Made by a program: the position numbers and the translations under genes
Assembly: GCA_028534125.1 (NCBI GenBank)
Contig: CM052818.1
Location: 43,030,001-43,094,000 of the forward strand
DNA: 64,000 nt
Reading direction: 5' to 3'
Source: Lama glama
Taxonomy: Eukaryota
Shown: positions 24,101-36,617 of the stretch, piece by piece
How the letters are laid out: every line of letters begins with the position of its first letter
Numbering within the stretch: position 1 is the stretch's first letter
Notes under the pieces: generated by a model
What the model was told of the DNA's origin: nothing
The model's database searches: none
The model's input: the letters and a program-made list of their open reading frames with translations, nothing else

Positions 24101-25149
24101 GTCACTAGCTTTAGTGAAGACTAGTGTGCTAATTGTATTTGGTGCAGACAAATTTAATATAAAGAATTATTCTTGCTAATTCTAAGGAGGATAACTATCA
24201 AGAGGCAAAAGTTAAAGGAAAAACAAAACATGGTAATGATAACCTTGGGAGAGGGTGAAGACTTCCTTTCCAAGAACAGGATTCAAACCCCGCAGGAGAA
24301 GGGGCAGCTGCAGCTCCCTGCACAGCACAAGGATGTCTGTTGCTCTGGGCCATCGCGGGTCAACAGTCGCTGAACAAGCAGGAGACACTTCTCCAGGGTG
24401 CAGTAGGGCAAGGCTGGGGAACCAACTACTGGGGTGCTGGCAAGGCTCCTTGGATATTTACCCACAGGGAGCCACTAAAACCAAAAGGGAAAATTATCAT
24501 CTTGACAGTTCGCCCCCACCCCTATTACGTTATGCTTTGTTTTAAAAAAAATAGCCCTTTTCCTTTAATAATACTTTGCACAGGTGCTGGAGTGAGCTCT
24601 GTCATCCATACTCTCTCTCTGTCTCATTTGACATAACCTGTGAATTGTTAATTTTTTTTTAAAGGCAAAGAAACAGAAGACAGATACGCTATAGAAAGTG
24701 ACTGATTCACTCATTCAAAGTAGCTGGAAACAATTTAAGCAAAGCTTAGATCTTCTGGGAGCAATAAGAGCCCAATCTTCAGCCATCCCAGTTTGGCCCG
24801 TGAGAATCCGCTGTAGTCAACTAACCAAGAAGCATTTACCTTTTGTAGACTCGTAAAGCACTGTTTTGTTGCCTTTGAGGATAAGGGAGAAGTAAAGACA
24901 TCAATCAACGGATTTACCAAAATTTGTCAGCCTTCAGAACCTGGGCTCTTCCCTGAGTGAGAGGCTAGAGGACAGCCTTTTTGAATCAGGAACTTGACAG
25001 CGGGGAGGATGCATGACGCCCCACTTCTCCCCTCTCCGTGTCAGGATATCCCTAGGTCTTCGTTTACACTTTATTCCCTCTTATCCCAGAGGAGATACTG
25101 CCTATGGAATTTAATCAGGTGTATCGTTGTCTTCTTTTCCTAATTCCTC

Positions 25150-25420
25150 TTTTATGTAATTTCTGATCTTCCTTCTGACTTCAGCACAAGTGGCACTCTC
25201 TCAGGGAACACTTCCTGGCTCTCCTGGCTAGGTCACATCTTCCATCAAGTATTCTCACAGTATCTGGAAACTCTCCTCTTGAAAACTTACCAGAACTGCA
25301 GTTTTATATTTACCGTGTGACTTTTTTGATCGTTCTCGCTCCCCAATCAGCCCACTCACTTGAAGAATTCAGTGGCTGTGGTGTGTTTACTTCTCATTGT
25401 ACCTGATAATCTAGTTGGTA
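25150..25420. mobile_element. L2 fragment
   Basis: CCTTCTGACTTCAGCACAAGTGGCACTCTCTCAGGGAACACTTCCTGG and downstream L2-like motifs. Confidence 0.55.
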
Positions 25421-26409
25421 TTCAGAAAGGGGCTCTCTCTCTACCTGTCTTTCCACCAGCATTTCTGCCTTTCTCTAGGCTTTCTTGATGACGCCTTCTT
25501 CAAGGACTGCTGGCTTACCTGGTTCTCACCAGTTCTCGAACTACCCACTTTGATTCCCTGTCTCTGTTACGTGCTTGCTCCCCTGTTGGTGAACACCAGC
25601 CCTCCCTGTGTTTGCTCCCGCTCACAGCTGGATCCTCTGATCCACATTATTTTTTGTAGTTCTTGTCAACTTCAAGGCTCTTTCTCACCTTCAAATTCAC
25701 ATTTTTTTTGAGGCACTTGTTTAAAACCTCCAGCATAAGGGGCTTATACCTGAGACACACTCAGGGCCCCCACTTCTAACGCTCCTCTTCTCCTTCTCTC
25801 TGCCTTTCCATGTTCGTAGGGCAAGGTCTCTGTTTCCTCACTTACGATTGCAGCAGCACAGAACTTACACCCTTTAAAGCACCATTTCAGCCTAAATGAG
25901 GAATCCAGTCCCACACGCCGGAATCTCACCAGCTCAGCACACAGACCTTGCACATCTAATTAAGATGAAGCTCTGGGGATGGGGATGGGCATCCCAGAGT
26001 TTCGGTGGCTCAGTCAGTGAGTGGGAAGCAAGCTGTAGAGAGTTGATACTGTTAATGACCATTAACAAAGCCCTTCAGAGCATCTGAGGAGTTCAGTCTT
26101 AAAAGGCCCTCTTTTCTAATTATTTTATTAACAAAATACATATTTATTTTCTAATGTTTTATAAGTAGAGATTTTAATTATAATATATTTAATTTTTTAA
26201 GATTTAAATCTTTATCAAATGCAGGAATACTCCAGGAGTTTCCTTTTTCTCTATACTCCCTCAGTAGGCTAGCCATGATGCCAAAAAAGACAAAAAAAAA
26301 AAAAAAAGCAGAGAAAACTTGAAGGATGTGTGATAATCTGAAGCACAGAAGCCCAACAAACAGCATATTGTAGCTGTGCTTCTATTTAGATTTCTATTTC
26401 TAGAAATAA

Positions 26410-26590
26410 AAATAGTCAGAGGAGTCTACAAGACTCTGCCAATTCCATCATCTTGGGCAACTTCTTAATTTATTTTGGCTTCAGTTTCCTCATCTATAAA
26501 ATGAGAACGTAACAATGCGGCCAGCTAGGGATGCTGCGGGAAGAAGTGAAGGCGCTCACATATTTAAGTGCTTAGAACAATGCCTGCTGT
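26410..26590. mobile_element. MIR SINE
   Basis: CTTGGGCAACTTCTTAA...CTTCAGTTTCCTCATCTATAAAATGAG...AAGTGCTTAGAACAATGCCTG. Confidence 0.8.
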
Positions 26591-27394
26591 TGTCCTCTTT
26601 CTTTTGTTTACAAGTCCGGCATTTCCCACCAGAGTGTCAGACTCATCGGATAAATGTTCTCTTTGGTTCACCTCTGACCCTGGCAGGAGGCCCTCATATA
26701 AACAACGAATCGTCCTTGAGGAAGATGTGCACGCAGGATCAAAGGGAGAATCTGCAATGGCTCTTTCCTGCTGCAGACCTAAGTCTGTATTCTATCTTTA
26801 GTTGGAGCATACGCTGAGTGTCTCACAGACTTTCCAACTCCCAGATGCCCAAGGAATATTCAAACGATTAGTTCTTTTTCTTGGGTGACTGTGAAATAAG
26901 CATGCTGTAGTGAAAAAGCACTGGGCAGGAACCCAACAGATATGGCTCTGCCAGTAAGTCTTTATATTGACTCTTTCAGAGCTTCATGCCCTCTTATGTG
27001 AAACCAAGAGTCCATGTTAGGAATTTGCAGAAAGGCTTTGAGTACCAAATGCAATCACTGTATCCATGCACCTTGAAAAAGCAATGTTTTGTAAGAATTT
27101 GAAAACTAATAATAATGATTGATAACACTGTTAACTGTTATTGGTACAGTTACAAGCAGAAGACACATCACGTAATCATACTGATGGTGCCTCTAAGTTG
27201 CATCTTATCCAAGTTTGGAGACAGAGTGTGATGGAAGATGGTTAGTTTTCCAATTAAAGTTCCTCCCATAACAGCAGTAGAACCACGACCGCAAAGAAAG
27301 TATATGGATTAAGGTGTCCTGATCCTTCGGGATGACCTTTGAGGCCTTTCAAGCTCTTACATTCTTGGGTGCAGTAACTTTATAATTGTGAAAA

Positions 27395-27640
27395 AATAGT
27401 GAGAACGGCCAGTGCTTATCTACCACTTCACTATTTGCCACGCACCATTTTAAGTGCTTTGCGTGTTACTCTTTTAACTCACACAACAACCCTATGGGGC
27501 AGATTCTACGAAGACCTCATTTATAAATGAGGAAGTGGATGCCCAGAGAAGTTAGGAAACTTACCCAAGGAGCAGAGTCAGCAGCAGCAGAGCCAGGATT
27601 TGAATCCAGGTAGATGGCCTCAGAGTCACAGTCCTCACTT
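27395..27640. mobile_element. MIR SINE (near full length)
   Basis: CACAACAACCCTATG...ATGAGGAAGTGGATGCCCAGAGAAGTTAGGAAACTTACCCAAGG...GCAGAGCCAGGATTTGAATCCAGG. Confidence 0.9.
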
Positions 27641-28859
27641 GTCTTGAAGTCAAAACAGAATCTTTCCATCAAAACTAACTTCATCTCTTCTTTTCCTACT
27701 TCTTTGCTCAAAGCAGATATAGGTTAAATCATCTTTTTAAAAGAGACCATTTCCCTAATAACATGCTGCTTTTAGATCTGATGCTAGTGTGCTAGTATTC
27801 CGGAATGTGCATCCTTCTAAATAAACACGTTCAGTTATTAATTAACTGCAGCTCTCATGAACTTATCCAACTGCCCTACCTCAATCACAGAAGGCTCCAG
27901 CCGAGATATTTAATCTCCTGACTGCATATTTCAGTCCTAATGCATTTGGATCGAGGGCACCTTGGGTGACAGGAAAATACGGAGGAAGAAAGTTTGCTTA
28001 CTCAAAGTGCAATTACACATCCAGAATGCACGGACTATAAAATGGCTCTTGAAATTCATCACTTCTCTTCAATCTCAGTTTGGCACTCCTGAGATCCCTG
28101 CTCTTGGCCAGAAAGCTTCAGCCCTCAACCTCAATCTGGGTTTTGCTCAGCTGAAGTAATGAATATAGGAATATATACACAGGAGTGTAAATTTACTTCA
28201 GATCCCCAATTTCCTTTAAAACGAATAAAGAAATGACAACCTTACTTTAATATCGGCTCTCAATATTTAATAGGTTTCTTAACTAATGACTATTTCTGGA
28301 GTTACTACCCAATATGATGTGATGAGCGTATGACTCTGGTATTTAATACGTGATTTTTCAGTTTAAAAAGTTACACGTGGCTCTACTGTGCCTTGATGGA
28401 ATTAATAATACAAAGGTTTTGGTTCCTTTAATTGTTTCCATTTGTCTAATTGAGGGATTTCTGCTAGTCACCACCCCCCACCCCAACCCTTTCTCAATCT
28501 GGCATTTTTACAACTGGAGTGAAGATAGCAATCAGGGTTTTGAAATATTGCATCTACATTGTTCATAACACAAGTCAGCAGGCAGAAGGAAAAGTCAGGT
28601 GATTTAATCCCTTAAATTGTGCAGATCCTCCTTTATTACCTATTAAGGCGTGACCCGAATAAGGCATGGAATGATCTATTTTAAAACTTAGGAGCTTCTG
28701 TGGTGAAAGATCTGGGACCCACAAAAGAAGTGCTTGTCTCATCTAGAGGGGAATAAAATGAATGTCCTCCTTGACATTCCACGTCCTCAGCAGCGTCGGT
28801 CCAGTGGCTACAGGTGGCTACAGCCACTGGCAGGTGTTGCTGACTTCGCCCGCTTTATT

Positions 28860-29550
28860 TCATCCTCACTGTCACTGTCTTCATTCAAGGCTTTCCATTT
28901 CTCTCCTTGATGTGTGAAACACACCGGTTCCTCCTTCTTTGCAGTATCTCTCTCCTCCATTTAGTTTCCATGTTGCTATCAAATATTTTGAAGTTACAAG
29001 CCTAATGATTCTCTCCCCTTCTTAAAGCCACTGGATGGTTTTTACCTTCACAGTAGAGCTCAACCCCCTGGCAGAACTTTCTACAGTGTTGATAATAAAT
29101 GTTGTAATGAGCTCCTGGACTTCTATCTCATCACGGCCCTTTAAGCATCTCGACTTCTAGCCATGCTGAAGCTGTGTCCGAACATTCCCATATCCTTCTG
29201 TCTCTGTGCTTTACATATGCTGCATCCCACCTACTTGAAAATATTTAATCCTCATTTCTCTTACCTAAAAGCTGTGGATCTTAGAAAAGTGTCATCTCAG
29301 TTGGGCGGTGTTTGTTTGTTTGTTTGAGCTGAGTTGGGTGTTTTCTCTTTGGCTTCCACAACACGCTGGGCTAGCCTACATCTTTGTATCCATCACACCA
29401 TCTTATAATTCTCCACCTACATTTATGCTTTGCATGATAAGCTGTGAGCTCTGTGAGGCACGGAGTATACTTTGTTTACTTTATTCCTTAGTGTGCTACA
29501 CAGTAACTGGTACGTCAAAAGCACTTAGTAAAGGTTTTATTTAAAGGATT
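28860..29550. mobile_element. L2 3' fragment
   Basis: Degenerate L2 ending TGTGAGCTCTGTGAGGCA...CTTAGTGTGCTACACAGTAACTGGTACG...GCACTTAGTAAA. Confidence 0.65.
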
Positions 29551-29729
29551 TTTAAATTAACCAATTAATAAGATGGTCATTTTTCAATACATAAAGCCTG
29601 GTTCAGATGATAGCACTTTATTGCAACAATCCGCATCACAGAATACTTGAATGCCAAGATGGTGTTCATCCAGATGTCTCGGTTTCACTTTTCACCTGGG
29701 TGTCCTGTCACCCAGAACACCCAAAATGG

Positions 29730-30350
29730 GTGATTTTTGTCTGAAAAAGTCTTTGATCCACATCCATTTTTAAAATCTGTTTTGGCTAGGTGTAGAATTG
29801 TAGTTTGACCATCTTTTCTTTCAGTTCTTTAGAGATATTATTTCACTTTCCTCTTCTGAACATTTTTTGTGATCATTCTTATCTTTCTTTCTCTGTACAG
29901 AAACAAAGCTGTTTTTAAGATTTTTCTTTATTGCCAACTTTCAACAATTTGATTATGATGTGCTTTGTTGTGATTTAGTTTCTTCTGTGGAGTTCATTAA
30001 ACTTCTTGGATCTATGGTTTTATGGCTTTTATGAAGTATTGATAAATTTCAACCATTGTTTCTTAATATATTTTTTTGGTTTCATTCTGGAACTCAATTA
30101 GACATTTCAGACTACTTGAAATTTTTCTGTGGCTTATTGAAGCTATATTTTATTGTTTTATTTTTCTCTCTTAGTGCTGCATTTTCAATAATTATTATGA
30201 CCAAGTCTTCAAGTTTACTTTTTTCCTGAAATATTTAATCTTCTGGGAATCCTATCCTCTTCAATTTTATAATTTCAGATATTGAATTTTTTATTTCTTA
30301 AAGTTTCATTTGGCTCTTTTTTTATATCTTTTTATTCTGTTAATGATTTT
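29730..30350 (-). mobile_element. Old L1 internal (ORF1-side) fragment
   Basis: T-rich reversed L1M sequence: TTTGGCTAGGTGTAGAATTGTAG...CAACAATTTGATTATGATGTGC...CTTCTTGGATCT. Confidence 0.7.
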
Positions 30351-30603
30351 CCCTTTGAGGGTTGTTGGGCTCAAGTCATATCGGGCTTGTTGATATAGAA
30401 TATACACCTATCTATAACATTTTACCTTAATCCTTTACCATTTTGTTTTTCAGATGTGCCTCTTAAAATATCATAAACACTTCTTAAAAAAATGTGTAGC
30501 AAGGCCTTTCTGTTCATGAGGATGCCATGCTGCTCACTGGCTTTATAACTTCCTCTTTCAATCCAATCTAGAACCCTAGTAAACTGTTCTAGAGGAAATA
30601 CAT

Positions 30604-31235
30604 CTTTTAAATATAGTTTACTTACAATATTATATTACTTTCATGTATGCTGCATAATGATTTAATATTTTTATAGATTATACTCCATTTAAAGTTATTA
30701 CAAAATAATGGCTATATTTCCCTGTGCTGTAAAATATATCCTGTTGCTTATCTACTTTATACTTACATGGTGCCCCTCCCATACCCCTTTCCTCATCTCA
30801 TAATCCCATTCTTCGTCTTGCCCCTCCCACCTTCCCTGTCCCCACTGGTAACAACTGGTTTGTTCTCTATACTTGTGATCCTGTTTCTGCTTTGTTATAT
30901 ATATTTGTTTGTTTAATTTTTTTAGATTTCACATATCAGCAATAACATAAAGTGCTTGACTTTCTCTGTCTAACTTATTTCACTAAGCATAATGCTCTTT
31001 AGGTCTATCCACATTGTTGCAAGTGGTAGAATTTTATTCTTTTTTAAGACTGAAAATATTCTATTTTATATATATATAATATAAAATATAATATATAATA
31101 TAAGATATATATTAAAAATATATATATAATATAATATATATTATATATTTTATATATAGTGTATATATATAGTGTGTGTGTGTGTATATATATATATAAC
31201 ACACCACATCTTCTTTCTGTTTATCTGTTTATTGG
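30604..31235 (-). mobile_element. L1 3' end (cetartiodactyl type) with internal (TA)n expansion
   Basis: GATTATACTCCATTTAAAGTTATTACAAAATAATGGCTATATTTCCCTGTGCTG...CCCCACTGGTAAC...CTTATTTCACTAAGCATAAT. Confidence 0.9.
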
Positions 31236-31469
31236 GAATGACAAAATATTAATGATTCTCAAGATAGGCTGCTTCTGCTCCAGACTTCAGCAGAGGTTAC
31301 CTTGATGGAATTATTTGTATAAAAAAACAAAAGACTGAAGGAGTGAGAGTTCTCTCTCAAATCAAATTGCTGGTAGGAAATAATGATATTATTTTCAGAT
31401 CAAGATTTCTACCTTGAAAATGTCAGAGTGTGTGTGTGTGTGTGTGGTAGGGGGTGGGGATAGTAAGAG

Positions 31470-31635
31470 ATACAGTGGTGTGAGAACAGCTTTCAACTGA
31501 GAATCAGGAGATCTAAATCCACATTTTAGTCTGTCCTCCAACTCACCCTGGGACCTGGAAACAATCTCTTTCTCTCGCTGAATGTCTTGTCTCTCAAATG
31601 AAAGACTTGGGGGAGTTGATTCCTAAGATCGCTTC
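31470..31635. mobile_element. MIR fragment
   Basis: CAGTGGTGTGAGAACAG...GAATCAGGAGATCT...GACCTGGAAACAATC. Confidence 0.5.
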
Positions 31636-32309
31636 CTGTGACTGTGATTAGTGGTCAAGAGTCAAGAGGAAGAATGCATTTAATGCATATGCAGAAGCTA
31701 GAACTAATTCAGACATCACAGTGGATTCCTGAATCCTTGTATGAAATAGAAGGGTGCTTTGGGCATTGCTACTCTTGTTTGAGAACTTAGTCCAGAAAAC
31801 AATTTCACTTGGAGAGCAATCTTGGCATTTCAGATCATGTCTAAAATTATCATGAAATCACATTTTCATGCCAAACGATAAAAGCTTTCCAAGGCAGAGA
31901 ATTGCCAAAGAAATCCTAATAAAGATAGACAGCCCAATCATTGAATTTTAACCTCTTCATAGCCTTTCCAAAACTTGAGTTTGTTTTCAAGGTATTGCAA
32001 CATTAACTATTTATTCCTGTTGATAACTGTGAACTCTTTGGAGTGCTGTCTTCCAGATCAACTCATGGAAGTTAGAGCTCAGTCACCGGAATATGTTTGC
32101 AATATTAAAGCAAGATGATATATCACTTTGCAGGCTAACATATCATGTTCCTTAAAATATTAAAAATATATTCATCTATCTAAAAAGAACTTTTATTTGG
32201 ATGGATGGGTAATTAAAAATTGTCAAAGTATGCTCTGTGGTATTCCTGTTTACCCCTGAAGTTCATCTTTCCCTTTCTTTAGACTTTTTTTTTAATTTCA
32301 AAAACAAAT

Positions 32310-33083
32310 ATAAATAGCATTATTGCAGCACAATTGACACACAATAAATTTCACATACTAGTGTATACAATTTGATCAGTTTTGATAAATGTTTAAACCT
32401 GTGAAACCATCACTGCAATCAACATAGTGAATGTATATGTAAACCCTCTTTGAGCTCCTCCCTCTCACCACTCACTCCCTGGCTCTTCCACCCAGGTATG
32501 ATTGATCTGCTTTTGGCACTATAAAATTAGTTTGATTTTCTGAAGTTTTATAGAAATGGAATCATACTGTATGTATTTATGTATTTTTTTGTCTAGCTTA
32601 TTTCACTCAGCATAATTATTTTGAGATTCATTTGTGTTTTGTGTGTATAAATAGTTCATTCATTTTCATTACTGTGTAGTATTCCATTGCATGGATATAC
32701 TTCTGATTTGTTTAATCTTTCATCTGTTGGTGGAAGTTTAAGTCTTTTTCAATGTCAGTTTATTACAAGTGAAAACTACTGTGAACATCTGTGTATGTTT
32801 TTGTATGGTCATACATTTTCCTTTGTTTTGGGTAAATGCCTAGCAATGAAATGTGCGTATTCCATGATAGCTGTACGTTTCATGTTAAAAAAAAAAGGGA
32901 GTTAAGACAATTTTATTTATTTCTTTTCAATCTGGATGTTATTAACTTTATTATTATCTTTTTGCCTTATTTCACTGATTTAGAACTTTCAGCCCAATGT
33001 TAAATGGAAATGGTGAGAGAAGACATTTTTGTCTTGTTTCTGCCCTTAAAGGGAAAGTGTTCAGTCATTCTTCATTAAGTATG
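32310..33083 (-). mobile_element. L1MB/MD-type 3' fragment running into the gap
   Basis: ATTGACACACAATAAATTTCACAT...AATGGAATCATACTGTATG...TTCACTCAGCATAAT...GGTGAGAGAAGACATTTTTGTCTTGTT. Confidence 0.85.
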
Positions 33084-33183
33084 NNNNNNNNNNNNNNNNN
33101 NNNNNNNNNNNNNNNNNNNNNNNNNNNNNNNNNNNNNNNNNNNNNNNNNNNNNNNNNNNNNNNNNNNNNNNNNNNNNNNNNNN
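33084..33183. other. Assembly gap (100 N)
   Basis: Run of exactly 100 N. Confidence 0.99.
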
Positions 33184-33852
33184 TGGTGGTGTCATAGAAG
33201 ACAAACGCCATACTTTTAATTTCTGAGTCAGATGGGTGCACTGAATTTTTTTTTTCTTCAATATGAGGCAGCAAATTTTGGCTTCTCCCAGCAGCAAGAG
33301 TATTAGGCTATTTGTTCATGGTCACCATGCTGGGAATTCTTTTCTTATTTTCAGTGTAATTACTTTGGTATGTATTCATGGATGCTGAGGAAATGCCTGA
33401 TAAATAAGGACTCTTGCAAGAATTTCTCTAAAATTCTTACATTCAAGGAAACGTGTCTCATTCTCCCTTCCTTTCATCATTTAAGAATAAGGACAGCATT
33501 TCCACTCACTGCAGTGCTAGCAGGAGATCTCTTGGCAGCAACTGCTTCTTAAGTTATTTCTAGCCTCACAGAAAACGTACTGTTGCTGTGGTGGGTACAT
33601 ACCAATTTGTATGAGAGAGGAGGGTATCTTCTCTGACATGAAGCAAAAACCAGGCCAGGATGCAGAGCGTGCATAATAACATTAGGACTTGCAGGATAAC
33701 AGACCCACCAGCATCCTGGTGATGTGGAAGGGACTCTGAACTGCGAGTCTTCATTTGGACGATCAAGTCTGCCATTAATACGCTGTGTGAGCTTGGCCAA
33801 GAGACTCGATACAGCTTAGCCTCAGGGTTGGCTTGCGTGAGCTAAGGAGATA

Positions 33853-34320
33853 CTGTTGGTGCCCTGCTCATATCCCTCCACATGCATTTTGCCATTCTGG
33901 ACACCAATTCCCTCACCTTCTGCAGGCTTTGCTTCTACTGACAGTTACCTGCAACTTTCTATAGAGAACTACCTTTGGGTCATGGGGCCTCTTGTTTCAT
34001 CCTTACTCACAGAGGTGCCGGGAGTTTATATGTCCCCCACTAGGCATCCCTAGCCTTTATCCGGCGACAGGCCGATCTGGCAGTTCGACAGCCCAGTTGC
34101 CTTGCCTTCAGGGTGAATGCACTCTGAAGGTGTAATATTTTCCAGGGTTTCCTGTGCTCTTGCTGGACCTGTACCTGAAATCTCAGCCTGGCTTGATGTT
34201 CCCCCTTCCCTGGTCTTCTTCCCTAGCTTCCTGACTTGTTTCCAAGGGAGTGCTTTCTTAAAAACTACTTTACGTATGAACTGTCATCTCAGGATCTGCT
34301 TCTTCAGACCCCTACCAATC
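33853..34320 (+). mobile_element. ERVL LTR (LTR16-like)
   Basis: CACTCTGAAGGTGTA...TTCCCCTTCCCTGGTC...CTGTCATCTCAGGATCTGCTTCT matches the LTR16 3' layout. Confidence 0.65.
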
Positions 34321-34625
34321 TCATTTACCCAGCCGTCAAGGTTAAATCAATATTTGATCAACACAGTCTTCTTGTTCTTTTGGTGTTCTTATAGGACTTT
34401 AATGATTGTTTAAGTTCATCCGGTGAGATTATGTAGATCTTCAGCCTACATACCTTTGTTAGTGTAGGTGGGTATATTTGGCCCCTTGAGGTCCAAGTTC
34501 AAGTGAAAAAAATGTTACTCTTTTTCACTTTATTATATTATTTTATCACAGCAATAACTTGCAGTGGAAAGAAATCGCTATTGTATTATGTAGAAGAGAA
34601 AGTTGAAACTCAGTCAGGACACAAC

Positions 34626-34973
34626 GTAGAAGTGAAATCATGGTATTTATTTTTCTGTTGACTGGCTTATTTCACTTAGCATAATGTTTCCAAGGTTCAT
34701 CTATATTGCTGCATATGCCAGGGTTTCCTCAGTTTTTTACAGCTGAATAAAATGGAATGGTGGTAGCCAGGGGCTGGGGGTGAGATAAATGGGAGTTGAC
34801 ATCATTTAATGGGTATAAAGTTTCATCTATGCAAGATGAATAAATTCTAGAGATCTACTGTACATTATCATGTTCTCAGATGACATTACTGTGCTGTACA
34901 CTTAAAAAACATTAAGTTAGTAGATCTCACATTGCCTATTGTTACCATAACTAAAAAAAAAAAAAAGAAGAAG
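34626..34973 (+). mobile_element. Short L1 (L1MA type) with 5' inversion, inserted in a MIR
   Basis: 34626-34750 is L1 3' sequence in reverse; 34751-34966 is the downstream L1 3' UTR in forward orientation ending in poly(A); flanks GGACACAAC / GGACACATAAC. Confidence 0.8.
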
Positions 34974-35819
34974 GGACACATAACTTGTCGATGTGTCTAC
35001 AGAACTTTGTTATACCATTGGAACTCGACTGTCCCAGCTCTGAGCTCAAAGTCCTCTCCAATGCAGACAAGGCTGTTAGGTAAACATTGTCCTTGAAACC
35101 TCTTGATTTCCTGGTTCCCTCATCTGCTTGGCACTGTTTCTACTAAAACTTCAATATCATATTTAATTCTGAGAAACTTTTCAAGTGATAGCTAAGATAT
35201 TAGCTGCTAGGGACTCGGGGAGCATTGATTTATTGAGAGGGTGCTGTAAGATATCCAAAGTCTTAATATTCAAAGGAATCAAAGCTGTAATGATTTTTGG
35301 ACAAAATTTTTACTCAAGTTCTAACATCATACTGTATTTGTAAAGGAAAGAACATGGGAACCATATTTTTGCCTAACTGCTTGTTCAAATTAAGATTCAT
35401 TCATCTTTTGATGAAAACCACTGGGCATTTTCTTTTATAACAAAATCATTATGCTTTTGTTTGTTCTCCATATAATTTGGTTACTGAACATCAACTCTTC
35501 TGAAGAAAAACTGTCTGACACTTTGAAGAAGCCAATTTGCAAAATTAAAGAAATTTTCATAAGAGAAGAGTGGGAGCAAGTCAGTTAGGATTCAAGGAAA
35601 ACTATTTTAACTGGAGTCTCACAGCAGGAATAAAGCACTCAAGGGGGTTAGGTTCCAAGGAGGACGAATGCAGCCTTCTCAAACTGAAAAGAAGAGAAGT
35701 CATTCTTGGAGTCACTGGGAGGTTTCGAATGGGTAATTAGCACCTTCTTTGTAACTGACAGCTAACTGACTTCCTAATCAGCCCAGATATTAGGGAAAAG
35801 ATGAAGACTTTAAAAGCAT

Positions 35820-35975
35820 TGGCTCTACTCTTAGAGTGTGAACAGTTGCCTAGGAAAGCTGTTTTCCAGTGCAGATTTTGGGTCCAGTGTCTGCAAGTTC
35901 TGTTTTCTCTTTGTGGGGGGTATAGCTCAGGGGTCTGCATATGTAACAAGCCTGGAGACTGTCTCCATGTTCCTC
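35820..35975. mobile_element. MER5-like fragment
   Basis: TGCAGATTTTGGGTCC...GGGG...TCTGCATATGTAACAAGCC follows the MER5 internal layout. Confidence 0.45.
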
Positions 35976-36056
35976 ACCCCTAGGAACAGAGTCGGTGAAA
36001 TAGGATTTTAATATAGGCCAGTATTTCAACAAAGACTCATTACCATAGAGTCATAT

Positions 36057-36617
36057 TGTTATCAAGGCTGTTGCCCCAGAATCATACTGCTGCCCTGCTC
36101 TCGAATAGAAACCAGTTACTCTTACCTAAGTCTCAGGAGGAAGCTGCAAAGAGAAAAAGCAAGAACCGGTTAGAACCAGCTAGGCCCAAGATGGTGGGAG
36201 AACTGACTTCCAGTAGACCTTGAGTCTCACTATAACACATCAGCATGCTAAATGACACACCCGCCAGTGCCATGACAGTTGACACTTGCCATGACAACAA
36301 CTGGAAAGGACCATACAAGGGCTGAGAAAGAGAGCTGCATCATTTCAGTATCTAGGTCACACTGTTGTTCTCAGATAACACATGAATATTCCTCCCACTC
36401 TTTCCAATTCTCTCTCGTTTACCTCCACCCTCCTATATATTTGGTGTCTCCACCCAAATTGAGTAGAGGAATTGATTTGTGAACTAGGTGCCTGCTTGTC
36501 CATTCTTTGGCCATTGAATGAAGTTTCTGCTCGAATCCAATCAGGAAATGAACCTTCCTGGCCGTCTCGTCCAGGGCTGGGACCCCGGCATGGGTCCTGC
36601 CAATCGATTTGGTAATG
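36057..36617 (+). mobile_element. ERV1-class solo LTR, MER41-like
   Basis: AACCAGCTAGGCCCAAGATGG...CAGCATGCTAAATGACACACCCGCCAGTGCCATGACAGTTGACACTTGCCATGACAAC...CATGAATATTCC closely parallels the MER41 consensus; flanks ATAT/ATCT. Confidence 0.8.

Noticed and set aside
35914..35935. GGGGGGTATAGCTCAGGGG as a third SINE head
   Set aside because: Only about 18 nt match, with no B box or tail; it sits within a MER5-like fragment.
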